Program-made: the position numbers and the translations under genes
Part shown: one piece after another, positions 47,874-58,744 of the stretch
How positions within the stretch are numbered: the stretch's first letter is position 1
How the letters are laid out: every line of letters starts with the position of its first letter
Assembly (NCBI GenBank): GCA_904501975.1
Contig: CAJGCZ010000002.1
Span: forward strand, 47,308-111,307
Direction: 5' to 3'
DNA: 64,000 nt
Source of the DNA: an uncultured Akkermansia sp.
GTDB taxonomy: Bacteria; Verrucomicrobiota; Verrucomicrobiia; Verrucomicrobiales; Akkermansiaceae
Notes under the pieces: model-generated
Told to the model about the DNA's origin: nothing
What the model saw: only the letters and a program-made list of their open reading frames with translations
The model's database searches: none

Positions 47874-50024
47874 ATGAGAGTACCGACACTTGCCATGTTA
47901 GTATTGGCTGCAGGAGCCGGGGCGTTATACGCCCAAATGCCTAACAAAACTCAACACGTTCAGGTAGAGAAAGTAACACTCGGAATGGACCGCATTACCC
48001 GCAAGAGCATCGGGCACATGGAGGCCATCAAATCCGTAGATGTAAAAGCTGCCGTAGAAGGATTTATACAACCGCCGTTGTTCAAAGAAGGCGATATCAT
48101 CCACAAGGGAGAATTGCTCTTTGAGATTGACCCTGTTCGCTATAAAGCCATAGTGCAGCAAAAGGAAGCCGCTCTTGAGGAAATTCGAGCCCGTATTCAG
48201 TATGCTCAAAACCGAAAGAATCGTTTTGATTCTCTTACAGCCAGCTCTGCTACCTCCACCCAAGAGGCGGAAACGGCAGAAACAATGCTGGAAGAGTTGA
48301 AAGCAGCAGAAATCGAAGCCTCCGCTAATTTAGCAAAAGCCAAGAAGGACTTAGAAGACTGCACCATTCGCGCCCAAATCACCGGTCGCATCGGTAGAAT
48401 TAAGTTCTCCCCCGGAAACTACATTATGAAGGGAGAATCGCTCGTTACCATCAAGCAGATGGATCCCATCTATGTGCGTTTCCCGCTCAGTCAATACGAT
48501 GTCAATGGTATTTTCCGCGGCCCCAAGGAAATCGGCAACGTGGCAGATGTGCGACTCACCATGGCAAACGGTCGACGTTATGAACACGGCGGCAAAGTCA
48601 GCATTGTAGACAACATCCTGACCGGCGATTCCGATACTTACACCCTCTGGGCAGAATTCAGCAATCCGGAGCAAAAGCTCACGCCCCGTGGCATTGGTGC
48701 CCTCAATGTTTCCCTTACCGATACCCAGCAAGTTTGCATGGTACCCTTGACCGCCGTTCACTACAATGAGCACGGCGCTTATGTGTACACGGTAGATGCC
48801 GAAGGCGTTGTGGCAAAGGCCGATGTAACAGCCGGCTCCATCCAGGGACGTTTGCAGGCAATTTACAATGGACTTACTGAGGGTCAAACAGTCATTACAG
48901 ACGGCTCTCACAAAATCCGCGTGGGTGACACCGTTATCGGGGTGGAGGCAATTCATGAAGACACGGCAGAACAGAGCGGCCACACCGTTGTGGAAGAAGC
49001 CCCCATTCCTGTATTCACCACAACCGTAAGCACCATGCAAGACCCCACCGTGCTGAAGTGCCACGGTGCCCGCATCGAGGCTATTAACCGAGTGGAGCTC
49101 CGCCCGCTGGTACAAGGTATTTTGCTGAAACAGGAGTTTAAGGACGGCGACTTGGTGCGTAAAGGAGACGTTCTGTTCCGAATCGACCCCACCCGCTACC
49201 AAGCAGAGGTGGATGCAACCAAAGCCCAAATTGCAAAGTTAAATGTAAGTATTGCTGATGCTCAGCGCAAATATGCCCGACAGCTGGACTTGGTGAAGCG
49301 CAACGCCACCAGTCGCGACGAAGCGGAAAGCGCCCTTGCCGCTCATGACGAGCTTGTAGCCAAGCGCAACGCAGCCGAAGCAAAACTTATTCTGGCAGAG
49401 GACGACCTTGCTCGCTGTACCATCACAGCCCCTATGGACGGAAGAATCGGCCGCGTATTCTTCTCCGAGGGTAGCTACATCTCAGACATGAAGGCTCCCT
49501 TGGCCACACTGGTACAGCTCAGCCCCATATACGTTCGCTTCTTCCTGAGTGAAAATGAAATCCTCTCTGCCTACAAGACCGATGAGAACATGCGAGAGGA
49601 AGCCCAGGTAACTCTTATCTCCGCCAACGGTTCGGAGCATGCCGAAAAAGGCAGCATTCATTTCGCAGACAACGAGATTAAGACCGCTACGGACACGCAA
49701 AACATTTGGGCTATCTTCAATAACGAAGGCGGTAAATTGCAGCCCGGTGGTGTGGTAAGCATCCGCGTGAACCGCAAATCCGATATTAATCTGCCTGCGC
49801 TTAAGAATGAGGCTATTCTGACCGATACAGGCGGCAAGTTCGTTTACACGTTGAAGCACGGGCGCGCCTGTGTAACCCGCATTCTTTGCGGCACCACCGA
49901 TACAGAAAGCGGCCTTACTCCCATCTTCGCCGGATTGAAAGCCGGAGACAAAGTCATTACCGGCCCCTTGGCAGAGCTGGAAGATGGCACTCCGGTAACA
50001 GAACAAACACAGGAAAACAACTAA
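47874..50024 (+). CDS. RND efflux periplasmic adaptor (MFP) with two complete tandem modules
   Basis: Duplicated motifs LFEIDPVRY/LFRIDPTRY, CTIRAQITGRIG/CTITAPMDGRIG, PIYVRF twice and GLTEGQTVI/GLKAGDKVI. Confidence 0.92.
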   Translation: MRVPTLAMLVLAAGAGALYAQMPNKTQHVQVEKVTLGMDRITRKSIGHMEAIKSVDVKAAVEGFIQPPLFKEGDIIHKGELLFEIDPVRYKAIVQQKEAALEEIRARIQYAQNRKNRFDSLTASSATSTQEAETAETMLEELKAAEIEASANLAKAKKDLEDCTIRAQITGRIGRIKFSPGNYIMKGESLVTIKQMDPIYVRFPLSQYDVNGIFRGPKEIGNVADVRLTMANGRRYEHGGKVSIVDNILTGDSDTYTLWAEFSNPEQKLTPRGIGALNVSLTDTQQVCMVPLTAVHYNEHGAYVYTVDAEGVVAKADVTAGSIQGRLQAIYNGLTEGQTVITDGSHKIRVGDTVIGVEAIHEDTAEQSGHTVVEEAPIPVFTTTVSTMQDPTVLKCHGARIEAINRVELRPLVQGILLKQEFKDGDLVRKGDVLFRIDPTRYQAEVDATKAQIAKLNVSIADAQRKYARQLDLVKRNATSRDEAESALAAHDELVAKRNAAEAKLILAEDDLARCTITAPMDGRIGRVFFSEGSYISDMKAPLATLVQLSPIYVRFFLSENEILSAYKTDENMREEAQVTLISANGSEHAEKGSIHFADNEIKTATDTQNIWAIFNNEGGKLQPGGVVSIRVNRKSDINLPALKNEAILTDTGGKFVYTLKHGRACVTRILCGTTDTESGLTPIFAGLKAGDKVITGPLAELEDGTPVTEQTQENN

Positions 50025-50052
50025 CGCTTGAATTTCAAACACTTTACACGCT

Positions 50053-53000
50053 ATGTTTTCACAATTTTTCATTCACCGTCCTAAGTTCGCTTTCGTCATC
50101 TCTATCTTGATGATGTTAGCCGGCTTCCTGTGTTTGAGCAAGATGCCGGTATCCGAATACCCGGAAGTATCGCCGCCCACTATTTCAGTGCGCATGAGCT
50201 ACGCCGGTGCCAGTGCGGAAGAATTGGCGCAAGTGGTGGCAGCCCCGGTGGAAGAGCAGCTCATTGGTATGGATGACTTGCTCTATTTCTCCTCCTCTTG
50301 CTCCAATGATGGCTCCTATTCCCTGACCCTCATTTTCTCTACCGGCACCAACGATGATATGGCCATGGTGAACGTATCAAACGCCATCAAAGCCGTAGAA
50401 TCCAAATTGCCGGACGATATTAAGAAGACGGGGTACCACGTACGCAAGCGCTCCGGCGATATGCTCTGCTTCCTTGCCTTCACCTGCGATGAAAACAAGA
50501 TTGACATTCTGCAGCTGACAAACTGGCTGCGTATGAATGTGAAAGACCAGCTTGCACAGGTAGACGGCATCTCTGAAGCAGACGTGATGATGAGCCGCAA
50601 CTACTCCATGCGCGTATGGATGAACACCACCCGCATGAGCGCCCTCAACATTACCCCGCAGGATGTTAACGAGGCTATTGCCGCACAGAACATTCAAGCG
50701 GCTGCCGGTTCCGTTGGCTCTCAGGACGAAAACTCCTATGCCACCTACAAGGTAACGGCCACCGGTCGACTGAAAACGGTTGAAGAGTTCAGCAATATTA
50801 TCGTTAAGCGCGGCAACGACGGTCACGTGACCAAGCTGAGTGATATTGCCACCATTGAATTGGGTGCTGAAACCAACTCCGGCTACAGTCGCATGTCCTT
50901 CCGCGATGAGCAAGGCCGCTGGGTCACGCAGAATTCCGTGGGTATGCGAGTCATGCGCAACAACGATGCCAACGCTATGGCCACCGTTGCTGCCTTGCAG
51001 GAAAAAATGCGCGAGCTGGAGAAGCTCATGCCCGAAAGCGTAACCTGGAGCATGGGCTATGACCCCACCCAGGCTATTGAGGCCACCATGAAGGAAATTG
51101 CCACAACCCTCGTGCTTGCACTGGTCTTGGTAATTCTTGTTACCTACCTCTTCCTGCAGGATTGGCGCGCCACGCTCATTCCTGCCCTCGCCATTCCGGT
51201 GTCTCTGTTGGGTGCCTTCGTTATCATGTACGTGCTGGGCTACACGGTCAACGTGCTGACCATGTTCGGCTTGATTCTCGTGATTGGCTCCTTGGTGGAC
51301 GATGCCATTGTGGTAGTGGAGAACGTGATGCGCATCATTGAAGAAGAAGGACTCAGCCCGCGCGAGGCTACTATTAAAGGCATGAAGCAGATTACCGGTG
51401 CCATCATTGCAACCACCTTAGTAACGCTTGCTGTGTATGTGCCCATTGCCTTCTACGGTGGTATGGTGGGTGTTATTTATACCCAGTTCTCCGTCACCAT
51501 GTGCGTGGCTCTGTGCATTTCCACCTTCAATGCTCTCACCTTGTCCCCTGCTCTGTGTGCCCTGATTCTTAAGCCGAAGGGCTCGAAGAAAAACAAATTG
51601 GCCGAATATATCTTTGCCCCCTTCAACTGGGTGATGGAGAAATGCAAGGTCATTTACCTGAGCGGCTCCCGCATTTTGGTGCGCAACGCTTGGCTAACCA
51701 TCCTGATTCTTGCCGGTGTGCTGTATGCTAACTACGCCTACTACTCCGGTACCCCCGCCTGGTGGAATGAGATTTGGAAAACGGAAAAGCCCGCAGCTGC
51801 TGCCCCCCAAGGCAAACAACAGCAAGAAAAATTCAACCCCTACAACCTGTTGACACCGGAGATGATGAAGAGTTCCTTCATCCCCACAGAAGATAAGGGC
51901 GCCATTTTCTGCGTTATCAACTTGGAAGGTACCGCCACGGCCAAGCAACGTACCGATAAGGTAATTCGCCAGATGGAGGAACGCATTAAAAAGATTCCCG
52001 GCGTGCGCATGATTTCCGCCCAGAGTGGTTTCAGCTTTGCCTCCGGTTCCGGCGAAAGCAATGGTATGGTTATTGTGCAGCTCGACCCTTGGGATCAGCG
52101 CCCCACCCCGGATTTGTCCGTATCTGCCATTGCCAACAAGATTAACGCTGCCTGTGCAGATATTCCCGAGGCTTCCGTCATGGCCGTTACACCGCCCGCC
52201 ATTCAGGGTCTTGGCCTGTACGGCGGTGTATCCATGGTGCTTGAAGCCCGTGGTAGCGCCACCCCCAAAGACATGGGCGACATGGTCAAGGAAGTCATCA
52301 AGCGCCTCATGGCTCGCGGCGACCTCATTGCTATGGCACGCTCCGAGTACAATGCTGAAACGCCGCAAATTCACTTGGAAATTGACCGCGCTAAGGCTCA
52401 GTCTCTTAAAATCCCGGTACGCACCATTTTCAGCACCTTGCAAAGCGTGATGGCCTCCTCCTACGTGAACGACTTCACCTTGGATGGTTTCAACTTCAAG
52501 GTAAAGATTCAGGGTGATGCCCGCGACCGCCGTACGGCAGACGATATTCTTAACCAATGGGTAAGAAACGAAAACGGCGTCATGGTACCGCTCTCTGCCG
52601 TGTGTAAGCTCTCCTACAGAATGGGGCCGTCCACCTATGGTCGATTCAATCAGTACATGTGCGCCGATATCAACGTCACCCCGCAACCCGGTGTCGGCTC
52701 CGGCCAGGTAATGGACTTCATTGAAGAGACGCTGGACATCATCAACAAGGAAGAGCGCAGCAAAGGCATTGACCGCCAGTGGAAGGCTGAGTGGAAAGAC
52801 CTCTCTTACCAAGAGCGCCAGAACGATGGCAAAATCGGGCTGTTGATTGCCCTCGCCATGGTATTCTCCTACTTCTTCCTTGTAGCCCAGTACGAAAGCT
52901 GGACCACCCCCATCCCGGTGATGCTCTCGGTATCCGTGGCTACCTTGGGCGCCTTCATGGGTGCACAGCTTTGCAATCTTACGCTCTCTATCTACGTGCA

Positions 53001-53361
53001 GTTGGGTATTCTGATGCTCATTGGTCTGTCCGCCAAGAACGCCATTTTGATGGTTGAGTTCAGTAAGGACGACCACGAGAAAGCCGGCACACCCGTTAAG
53101 GAAGCCGCCATTAACGGTGCCGGCATGCGTTTCCGTGCAGTGTTGATGACCGCCATTTCCTTCCTCTTTGGTGTATGGCCCATGGTCATTGCCACAGGCT
53201 CCGGTGCAGCCAGCCGTCAGGAAATCGGTATCACCACCTTCAGCGGCATGCTCTTAGCCACGGTATTCGGTATCTTCCTGGTACCGGGTCTCTACTCCAT
53301 CTTTGCCCGTATGCGCGACTGGACGGCTGAGAAAATCGGCATGCGCAAAAAAGCTCAATAA
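50053..53361 (+). CDS. HAE1-family RND efflux permease (AcrB-like)
   Basis: FIHRPKFA, VDDAIVVVEN, SPALCA, AKNAIL and RFRAVLMT motifs. Confidence 0.96.
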   Translation: MFSQFFIHRPKFAFVISILMMLAGFLCLSKMPVSEYPEVSPPTISVRMSYAGASAEELAQVVAAPVEEQLIGMDDLLYFSSSCSNDGSYSLTLIFSTGTNDDMAMVNVSNAIKAVESKLPDDIKKTGYHVRKRSGDMLCFLAFTCDENKIDILQLTNWLRMNVKDQLAQVDGISEADVMMSRNYSMRVWMNTTRMSALNITPQDVNEAIAAQNIQAAAGSVGSQDENSYATYKVTATGRLKTVEEFSNIIVKRGNDGHVTKLSDIATIELGAETNSGYSRMSFRDEQGRWVTQNSVGMRVMRNNDANAMATVAALQEKMRELEKLMPESVTWSMGYDPTQAIEATMKEIATTLVLALVLVILVTYLFLQDWRATLIPALAIPVSLLGAFVIMYVLGYTVNVLTMFGLILVIGSLVDDAIVVVENVMRIIEEEGLSPREATIKGMKQITGAIIATTLVTLAVYVPIAFYGGMVGVIYTQFSVTMCVALCISTFNALTLSPALCALILKPKGSKKNKLAEYIFAPFNWVMEKCKVIYLSGSRILVRNAWLTILILAGVLYANYAYYSGTPAWWNEIWKTEKPAAAAPQGKQQQEKFNPYNLLTPEMMKSSFIPTEDKGAIFCVINLEGTATAKQRTDKVIRQMEERIKKIPGVRMISAQSGFSFASGSGESNGMVIVQLDPWDQRPTPDLSVSAIANKINAACADIPEASVMAVTPPAIQGLGLYGGVSMVLEARGSATPKDMGDMVKEVIKRLMARGDLIAMARSEYNAETPQIHLEIDRAKAQSLKIPVRTIFSTLQSVMASSYVNDFTLDGFNFKVKIQGDARDRRTADDILNQWVRNENGVMVPLSAVCKLSYRMGPSTYGRFNQYMCADINVTPQPGVGSGQVMDFIEETLDIINKEERSKGIDRQWKAEWKDLSYQERQNDGKIGLLIALAMVFSYFFLVAQYESWTTPIPVMLSVSVATLGAFMGAQLCNLTLSIYVQLGILMLIGLSAKNAILMVEFSKDDHEKAGTPVKEAAINGAGMRFRAVLMTAISFLFGVWPMVIATGSGAASRQEIGITTFSGMLLATVFGIFLVPGLYSIFARMRDWTAEKIGMRKKAQ

Positions 53362-53387
53362 GCACTGATTTACCATTCTTATTTCTC

Positions 53388-53422
53388 AACGGTGTCGTCA
53401 AAAGGCGGCACCGTTTTTGTTT
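53388..53422 (+). terminator. Intrinsic terminator
   Basis: aacggtgtcgtc-aaaa-ggcggcaccgtt followed by Ts. Confidence 0.8.
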
Positions 53423-53458
53423 CATGTCGATATTTACAATAACACCCTTACTTCACGC

Positions 53459-53487
53459 TTGCGAAAGGAGAAAAAAAATGATAGGAT
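53459..53487 (+). promoter_or_regulatory. Promoter TTGCGA-17-TAGGAT, 6 nt before ATG 53494
   Basis: Direct reading. Confidence 0.65.
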
Positions 53488-53493
53488 ATCGTT

Positions 53494-55803
53494 ATGATTT
53501 CAGTTCGAGCAATCATGATGTCGGCAGCACTGCTGGGTAGTGCTGTATTCGGACAGGATGCCATGCCCTTTGATATGGGCGGTAGCTCCGGCGGTTTTGG
53601 CTTCTTTGGCCAAGCTGCACAGCAACAGGACTACTACACGGCAACCGGTAAAGCCAGTGTCGCCAGCTACAAGGCCGGAGAGTCTTTCTACATTGCTCTC
53701 AATGGTAAAGTGGCTGACACCTACCACGCCTACTGGCGCAATCCGGGTACTGTTGGTGAGCCTGTAACAGCCACTCTCACGGCACCCGCCGGATTTAAGG
53801 TGGAAGGCCCCTATTGGGAAGTACCGCACCGCGTGCAGGGTGACTTCAGCGTTTCCTATTCTTACGAGGCACCGATTGCTGTCTGGAAAGTAACCCCCGA
53901 AGCCACAGCTCCTCAGCAGGCGGATTTCACCATCGTGAGCTCTGCCCAAACCTGCAATGACAATGGTTGCAATCCCGCAGAATCCCGCACAGTAACGGTA
54001 AACCTTGCTGCCGGAGATGGCGCCGCCAATGCTGATTGGGCAGCAGAAGAAACCAAGGTAGAAACCTTAGGCGACACTCCTGTAACGGTAACGGCCACGC
54101 AGACGGTCGACACGGTAACGCTTTCTATCTCCGGTGTTGAGAAGATTGATAACGCTTACTTCTTCTCAGAGGACAACTGCGTTGACCCCGCCGTTGAGCA
54201 ACAGCTGACCAAGACCGAGACCGGCTACACCCTCAACCTGCCGCGTAACAAGAATGAGGACCCGATGCACCCTGTGCTCAACGAGCAGCTGGTAGGCAAG
54301 GAGCTCCAAGAGCTCAAGGGTATCCTCACATACGACGGTAAGCATGCCGGTGTTAGCATCAACTTCTCCGCTAAGACAGCTGCCGCTGATAAAAACGCCC
54401 CGGTTGCAGAACCTACGGAAACGAGCTTCCTGCTCATCGTCGGTTCCCTGTTCTTGGGTGGTCTCATCCTCAACTTTATGCCCTGCGTATTCCCCGTAAT
54501 CGGTCTCAAGATTATGAGCTTTGTGGAGATGGGCGGTGGTGATCGTCGCAAGGTGTTCATGCACTCTGCTATTTTCTCCTTGGGCATTATTCTTTCCTTC
54601 CTGGTACTTGCTATTCTGTTGCTTCTTTCCACAGATGCCAACAGCCGCAGCTGGGCCATGTGGATGCAAAATCCGTGGGTGGTTTACGCCATCATGTTGC
54701 TTCTCTTCACCCTTGGTTTGAGCATGTTCGGCGTGTTCGAAATCGGCGTGAGTGCCACAGGTGCCGGCCAAGGCCTGCAAAACAAGCAAGGTTTGCTTGG
54801 CTCTTTCTTCCAGGGTATCTTCATTACCATCGTTGCCACGCCTTGCAGCGCTCCGTTCTTGGGCTCTGCTCTGCCGCTTGCCCTCGCACTGCCGGATGTT
54901 GAGATGGTATCTGCCCTGTGCTTCATGGGTGTTGGTTTGGCTTTCCCCTACATTTTGCTCGGTGCTATTCCCAGCTTAATGAAGTTCCTGCCGCGCCCGG
55001 GCGCATGGATGGAATCCCTCAAGCAGGGTCTCTCCTTCCTTCTGTTTGCAGCTGCCGCTTGGATTATGGACACCTACTTAGCCATGGTAAGCGACGACGC
55101 ACGCATGATGCTCTTCATCGGTATGGCTATTTATGCTTGTGCCTTCTGGGTATATGGCCGTTGGTGCCCCATGTACCAGAGTGCTAAGACTCGCTTGGTT
55201 GGCGGTATCATTGCTCTCGGTCTGCTCGTTCTGAGCATTATGGCTACCATGCCCTCCACTGAACCCCAGGTGCAGCCCCAGCCGACGCAAGCCGGTTACA
55301 CCGTGTCTCAGGGCAGCACACCCATTTGGAACACATGGAGCCCCGAGCTGATGGAACAGGCCTTGAAAGAGGGTCACCCCGTCTATGTTGACTTTACTGC
55401 CAAGTGGTGCGCTACCTGCCAATCCAACAAGAAGTTAGCCTACTCCGCAGAGGTTTGCGGCGTCTTCGAAAAGAGTGGGGTCGTGCTCATGCGTGCCGAC
55501 AAAACCAAGCCTAATGCAGCTATCGATGCTGAAATGAGCAAATTAGGGCGCTCCCAGGTGCCCACCAACGTGCTCTACATGCCGGCTACCGAGCCCGGTG
55601 CTGAGCCTGCTCGCCACATCACGAAAGAAGTGTTCGGCTCTGATTACCTGCTTGGCTTTATCTCCGAGCGCCTTAATAACTACACCCCTGCTCCTGTAAC
55701 GGAAACTGCTCCTGCCGACGAAACAGCTGAAGAAGAAGCTGTAGAGGAAGAGGAGGAAGAAGATACAGAAGAAGAGGAAGAGACTGAAGAAGTCGCGGAG
55801 TAA
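53494..55803 (+). CDS. DsbD-family thiol:disulfide interchange protein
   Basis: N-domain YWRNPG and C...C; TM domain MPCVFP and ATPCSAP; thioredoxin WCATC; acidic tail. Confidence 0.92.
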   Translation: MISVRAIMMSAALLGSAVFGQDAMPFDMGGSSGGFGFFGQAAQQQDYYTATGKASVASYKAGESFYIALNGKVADTYHAYWRNPGTVGEPVTATLTAPAGFKVEGPYWEVPHRVQGDFSVSYSYEAPIAVWKVTPEATAPQQADFTIVSSAQTCNDNGCNPAESRTVTVNLAAGDGAANADWAAEETKVETLGDTPVTVTATQTVDTVTLSISGVEKIDNAYFFSEDNCVDPAVEQQLTKTETGYTLNLPRNKNEDPMHPVLNEQLVGKELQELKGILTYDGKHAGVSINFSAKTAAADKNAPVAEPTETSFLLIVGSLFLGGLILNFMPCVFPVIGLKIMSFVEMGGGDRRKVFMHSAIFSLGIILSFLVLAILLLLSTDANSRSWAMWMQNPWVVYAIMLLLFTLGLSMFGVFEIGVSATGAGQGLQNKQGLLGSFFQGIFITIVATPCSAPFLGSALPLALALPDVEMVSALCFMGVGLAFPYILLGAIPSLMKFLPRPGAWMESLKQGLSFLLFAAAAWIMDTYLAMVSDDARMMLFIGMAIYACAFWVYGRWCPMYQSAKTRLVGGIIALGLLVLSIMATMPSTEPQVQPQPTQAGYTVSQGSTPIWNTWSPELMEQALKEGHPVYVDFTAKWCATCQSNKKLAYSAEVCGVFEKSGVVLMRADKTKPNAAIDAEMSKLGRSQVPTNVLYMPATEPGAEPARHITKEVFGSDYLLGFISERLNNYTPAPVTETAPADETAEEEAVEEEEEEDTEEEEETEEVAE

Positions 55804-55822
55804 TAACTCCCTACCCTCTCAC

Positions 55823-55862
55823 AAGAAGCCCGACCTTGCATGCTGTAAGGTCGGGCTTCTTA
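55823..55862. terminator. Bidirectional terminator
   Basis: aagaagcccgacctt...aaggtcgggcttctt. Confidence 0.85.
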
Positions 55863-55878
55863 TTATTTAGAATGAACT

Positions 55879-56727
55879 CTACTGCTTTTTCTTGCTCAAA
55901 TCCTGCTCGCGTTTTTGCCACGCTGCAATTTCATCGGGAGACTGTAATATGTGGTCAATCAAAATGCGGATAGCGGGGAGGTAATCCTGACCGGCGGACA
56001 TACGCAACATGGACTCTCCCTTTTGCGCGTCCTGTGGCACACCATCTCCCACCAAAAACATCATGCCAACCATATAGAGCGCGCGGGGGTCGCCGGCATT
56101 GGCTGAACGTATGTACCACTGTGTTGATTGCTCAGCATCGACAGGCACACCCGCCTTGCCTTTGCCGTACACATGGCCTAAGGTGAAGGCAGCAGCAGCA
56201 ACGGTGGCAGCACTGTTAGATTCTGCCGCCTTACGAATAAAGCCAAGAGCCTCGGGATTGCCCTGCTGCAGCAGAATACGGCCTAATTGGTATTGTGACT
56301 CGGGCACACCACCCAAAGCAGCCGTACGAAAATACGGAATAGCCTCTGCAAGCAGACCTTTATCACGCAAAATCATGCCACAGTTATGCGTAGCCACCAA
56401 ACTGCCACGCTTAGCAGCACGAGTATACCATTGGAAGGCCTGCTCGGGGTCTTTGTGCACAGAGCCGTCTTTTGAGCCTTCTAATAACACACCGGCCCAA
56501 TCCACCTGAGCCGGCAAATACCCCGCTGCAGCGGAGCGCTGAAGCAACGACAGCGCCTCCTTATACTCCGTGGCAGAAGACTCTACATTGGGTTTAAGCA
56601 AGGCTTGCACGCGCTCGTGCATCTGCTGCGGAGTAAGCTGCGGTGCCGGCTCCTGCTTTTCACCGCAGGCTGCCAGCAACACGGGCAAAGAAAACAGCAA
56701 CAGAGCTTTGCTGTATCGTTGGTGCAT
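55879..56727 (-). CDS. Sel1-repeat lipoprotein
   Basis: Lipobox LLAA-C; Sel1 repeats (WYTRAA..G, G.GVPQD). Confidence 0.85.
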   Translation of the reverse strand: MHQRYSKALLLFSLPVLLAACGEKQEPAPQLTPQQMHERVQALLKPNVESSATEYKEALSLLQRSAAAGYLPAQVDWAGVLLEGSKDGSVHKDPEQAFQWYTRAAKRGSLVATHNCGMILRDKGLLAEAIPYFRTAALGGVPESQYQLGRILLQQGNPEALGFIRKAAESNSAATVAAAAFTLGHVYGKGKAGVPVDAEQSTQWYIRSANAGDPRALYMVGMMFLVGDGVPQDAQKGESMLRMSAGQDYLPAIRILIDHILQSPDEIAAWQKREQDLSKKKQ

Positions 56728-56758
56728 AAACTCTGTTGCTGTGTTGAAGGGTGATAAC

Positions 56759-58072
56759 TTATGCTTTGTAGCTGTCTACCAAAGCATGCGTACGCTCGTG
56801 CACCTTGGCAACACGAGCCTTCAGCTGGGCGCGGTACTCATCCTTATCCGGCATCGGGCGGCGAGCCACACCGGAAATAACGGCGGCCTCTGCAATGGCC
56901 GGAGCAAGATACTCAATCATGCGCGGATCGAAGGGCTTCGGAATCACATAGTCATGACCGAACTTCAGCGGCACACCACCGTTGGCATCCACCACGCACT
57001 GGGGTACTTCCTCGCGGGCCAAATCGGCCAAAGCGCGAGAGGCGGCAATCTTCATGGCCTCGTTAATGCAAGTGGCTTGCATATCGAGAGCAGCGCGGAA
57101 CATGTAGGGGAAGCAGCTTACGTTGTTCACTTGGTTCGGCCAGTCGCTGCGGCCGGAACCCATAATGCAGTCCGGGCGAGCCTCCTTAGCGGCCTGGTAG
57201 GTGATTTCCGGGTCGGGGTTGGCGCAAGCAAAGATAATCGGGTTGGGAGCCATGCTCTTCACCATCTCGGGCTTAAGCAGGTCTTTCTTGGAAAGGCCCA
57301 AGAAGATATCAGCCCCTTGCAAGGCAACCTCCAAGGTGCAGTCCTCACTCTGGGCAAACATGGCCTTAGTGGGGTGCAAATCCAAACGGCCTGTGTGGAT
57401 AAGGCCCTTGGAGTCAAACATATAAATATTCTCACGGCGAATACCCAAGGCCATGTAGAACTTAGCGCAGGCAATACCAGCGGCACCGGCACCACAAACA
57501 ACGCACTTCATGTCCTGCAACAAGCGGCCTGTGAGGTGAGCGGCGTTCAGCAAGGCGGCGCCGGAAATAACGGCTGTACCGTGCTGGTCGTCATGGAAAA
57601 CGGGAATATTCATTTCCTCGCGGAGGCGCTGCTCTACAATGAAACACTCAGGAGCCTTGATATCCTCCAAATTGATGGCACCAAAGGTGGGTTCCATCGT
57701 TTTAATTACTTCGATAAGAGTCTCGGGCTTCTTAATGTCCAACTCGATATCGAAAACATCAACGTCTGCATAAATCTTAAACAGAAGGCCTTTACCTTCC
57801 ATCACGGGTTTAGAGGCGTGGGCACCGATATTGCCCAGCCCAAGTACTGCGGTACCATTGCTGATAACACCCACCAAGTTGCCACGCCCGGTGTAGAGGG
57901 CGGAGGTGTTGGGGTCTTCGGCAATGCGCAAACAGGGCTCAGCAACACCCGGGGAGTAGGCCAGCGTCAGGTCGTCAATAGAGAAACAAGACTTGCAGGG
58001 CAAAACTTCAAGTTTGCCGGGTCTGGGTTCCTCATGGTACTGCTGTGCTCTTTGTGCTAAATCGTTACTCAT
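56759..58072 (-). CDS. NAD(P)-dependent malic enzyme (short form, no PTA domain)
   Basis: [41 protein letters not shown] and NQVNN motifs. Confidence 0.95.
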   Translation of the reverse strand: MSNDLAQRAQQYHEEPRPGKLEVLPCKSCFSIDDLTLAYSPGVAEPCLRIAEDPNTSALYTGRGNLVGVISNGTAVLGLGNIGAHASKPVMEGKGLLFKIYADVDVFDIELDIKKPETLIEVIKTMEPTFGAINLEDIKAPECFIVEQRLREEMNIPVFHDDQHGTAVISGAALLNAAHLTGRLLQDMKCVVCGAGAAGIACAKFYMALGIRRENIYMFDSKGLIHTGRLDLHPTKAMFAQSEDCTLEVALQGADIFLGLSKKDLLKPEMVKSMAPNPIIFACANPDPEITYQAAKEARPDCIMGSGRSDWPNQVNNVSCFPYMFRAALDMQATCINEAMKIAASRALADLAREEVPQCVVDANGGVPLKFGHDYVIPKPFDPRMIEYLAPAIAEAAVISGVARRPMPDKDEYRAQLKARVAKVHERTHALVDSYKA

Positions 58073-58101
58073 AGTGCTACTGATTTGCTTTGTGAGCGCG
58101 T

Positions 58102-58129
58102 ATTATACTCCTTTTTTTTTCACATGCAA
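58102..58129 (-). promoter_or_regulatory. Promoter TTGCAT-16-TATAAT of the malic enzyme gene, with an A9 tract in the spacer
   Basis: Reverse-complement reading. Confidence 0.65.
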
Positions 58130-58161
58130 GAGTATAATGAGCCTAACTCGGCAAATTTGCG

Positions 58162-58674
58162 TCAACCGTGAATTATCTGCACCCCGGTCACGCAGCCTTC
58201 CCCTAAAACCGCATTGAGTGCCTTAATAATTTGCGATTTACGCTGATTCAGCTCGTACCTCACCGCAGGGTGGGCGGTGCGTATACGCGCTTTTTTATCA
58301 GCTATCGTCAACAATTCTGCACGGGTAGACAAGAAATTTCCCGCAGCTTTTCGCCAGGCATCAGCCAATACCTCCGGAGCAAACTCCGCAGCACTGATGT
58401 CCAATTTCTCCAGCAATGAAACAAGTACGGAATCCACCCCGCGCACATTGGCATCTAAAGACATGGCGGGCAAAATTCCAAAGAAGTCAGACACAACCTG
58501 CCCCTTCTCTCGCTCTCCGCGACTCATAAACCGAGCCGGGCGCAGCGTGCCGTCCTCCGCGCGCATCTCGCAATAACGCGGTGGCTCTCCGGCATTGCCG
58601 GTGGGGATGGGCGTATCCGGCAGCACCGGTTCTACCGGAACCCGCCTGCGCTTTTTGGGAGAAGGTGAGGCCAT
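58162..58674 (-). CDS. DUF721/DciA family protein
   Basis: W...AG.......L..........HPAVRYEL......II..LN pattern; start ATG 58674. Confidence 0.75.
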   Translation of the reverse strand: MASPSPKKRRRVPVEPVLPDTPIPTGNAGEPPRYCEMRAEDGTLRPARFMSRGEREKGQVVSDFFGILPAMSLDANVRGVDSVLVSLLEKLDISAAEFAPEVLADAWRKAAGNFLSTRAELLTIADKKARIRTAHPAVRYELNQRKSQIIKALNAVLGEGCVTGVQIIHG

Positions 58675-58684
58675 ACAGATGACA

Positions 58685-58722
58685 AGCCGGTTCTGGCGGT
58701 TAAACACCACCGGAACCGGCTG
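58685..58722 (-). terminator. Hairpin after the ferredoxin gene
   Basis: agccggttc...gaaccggct. Confidence 0.65.
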
Positions 58723-58744
58723 AAATTATCGGGAAAAATGGGCT

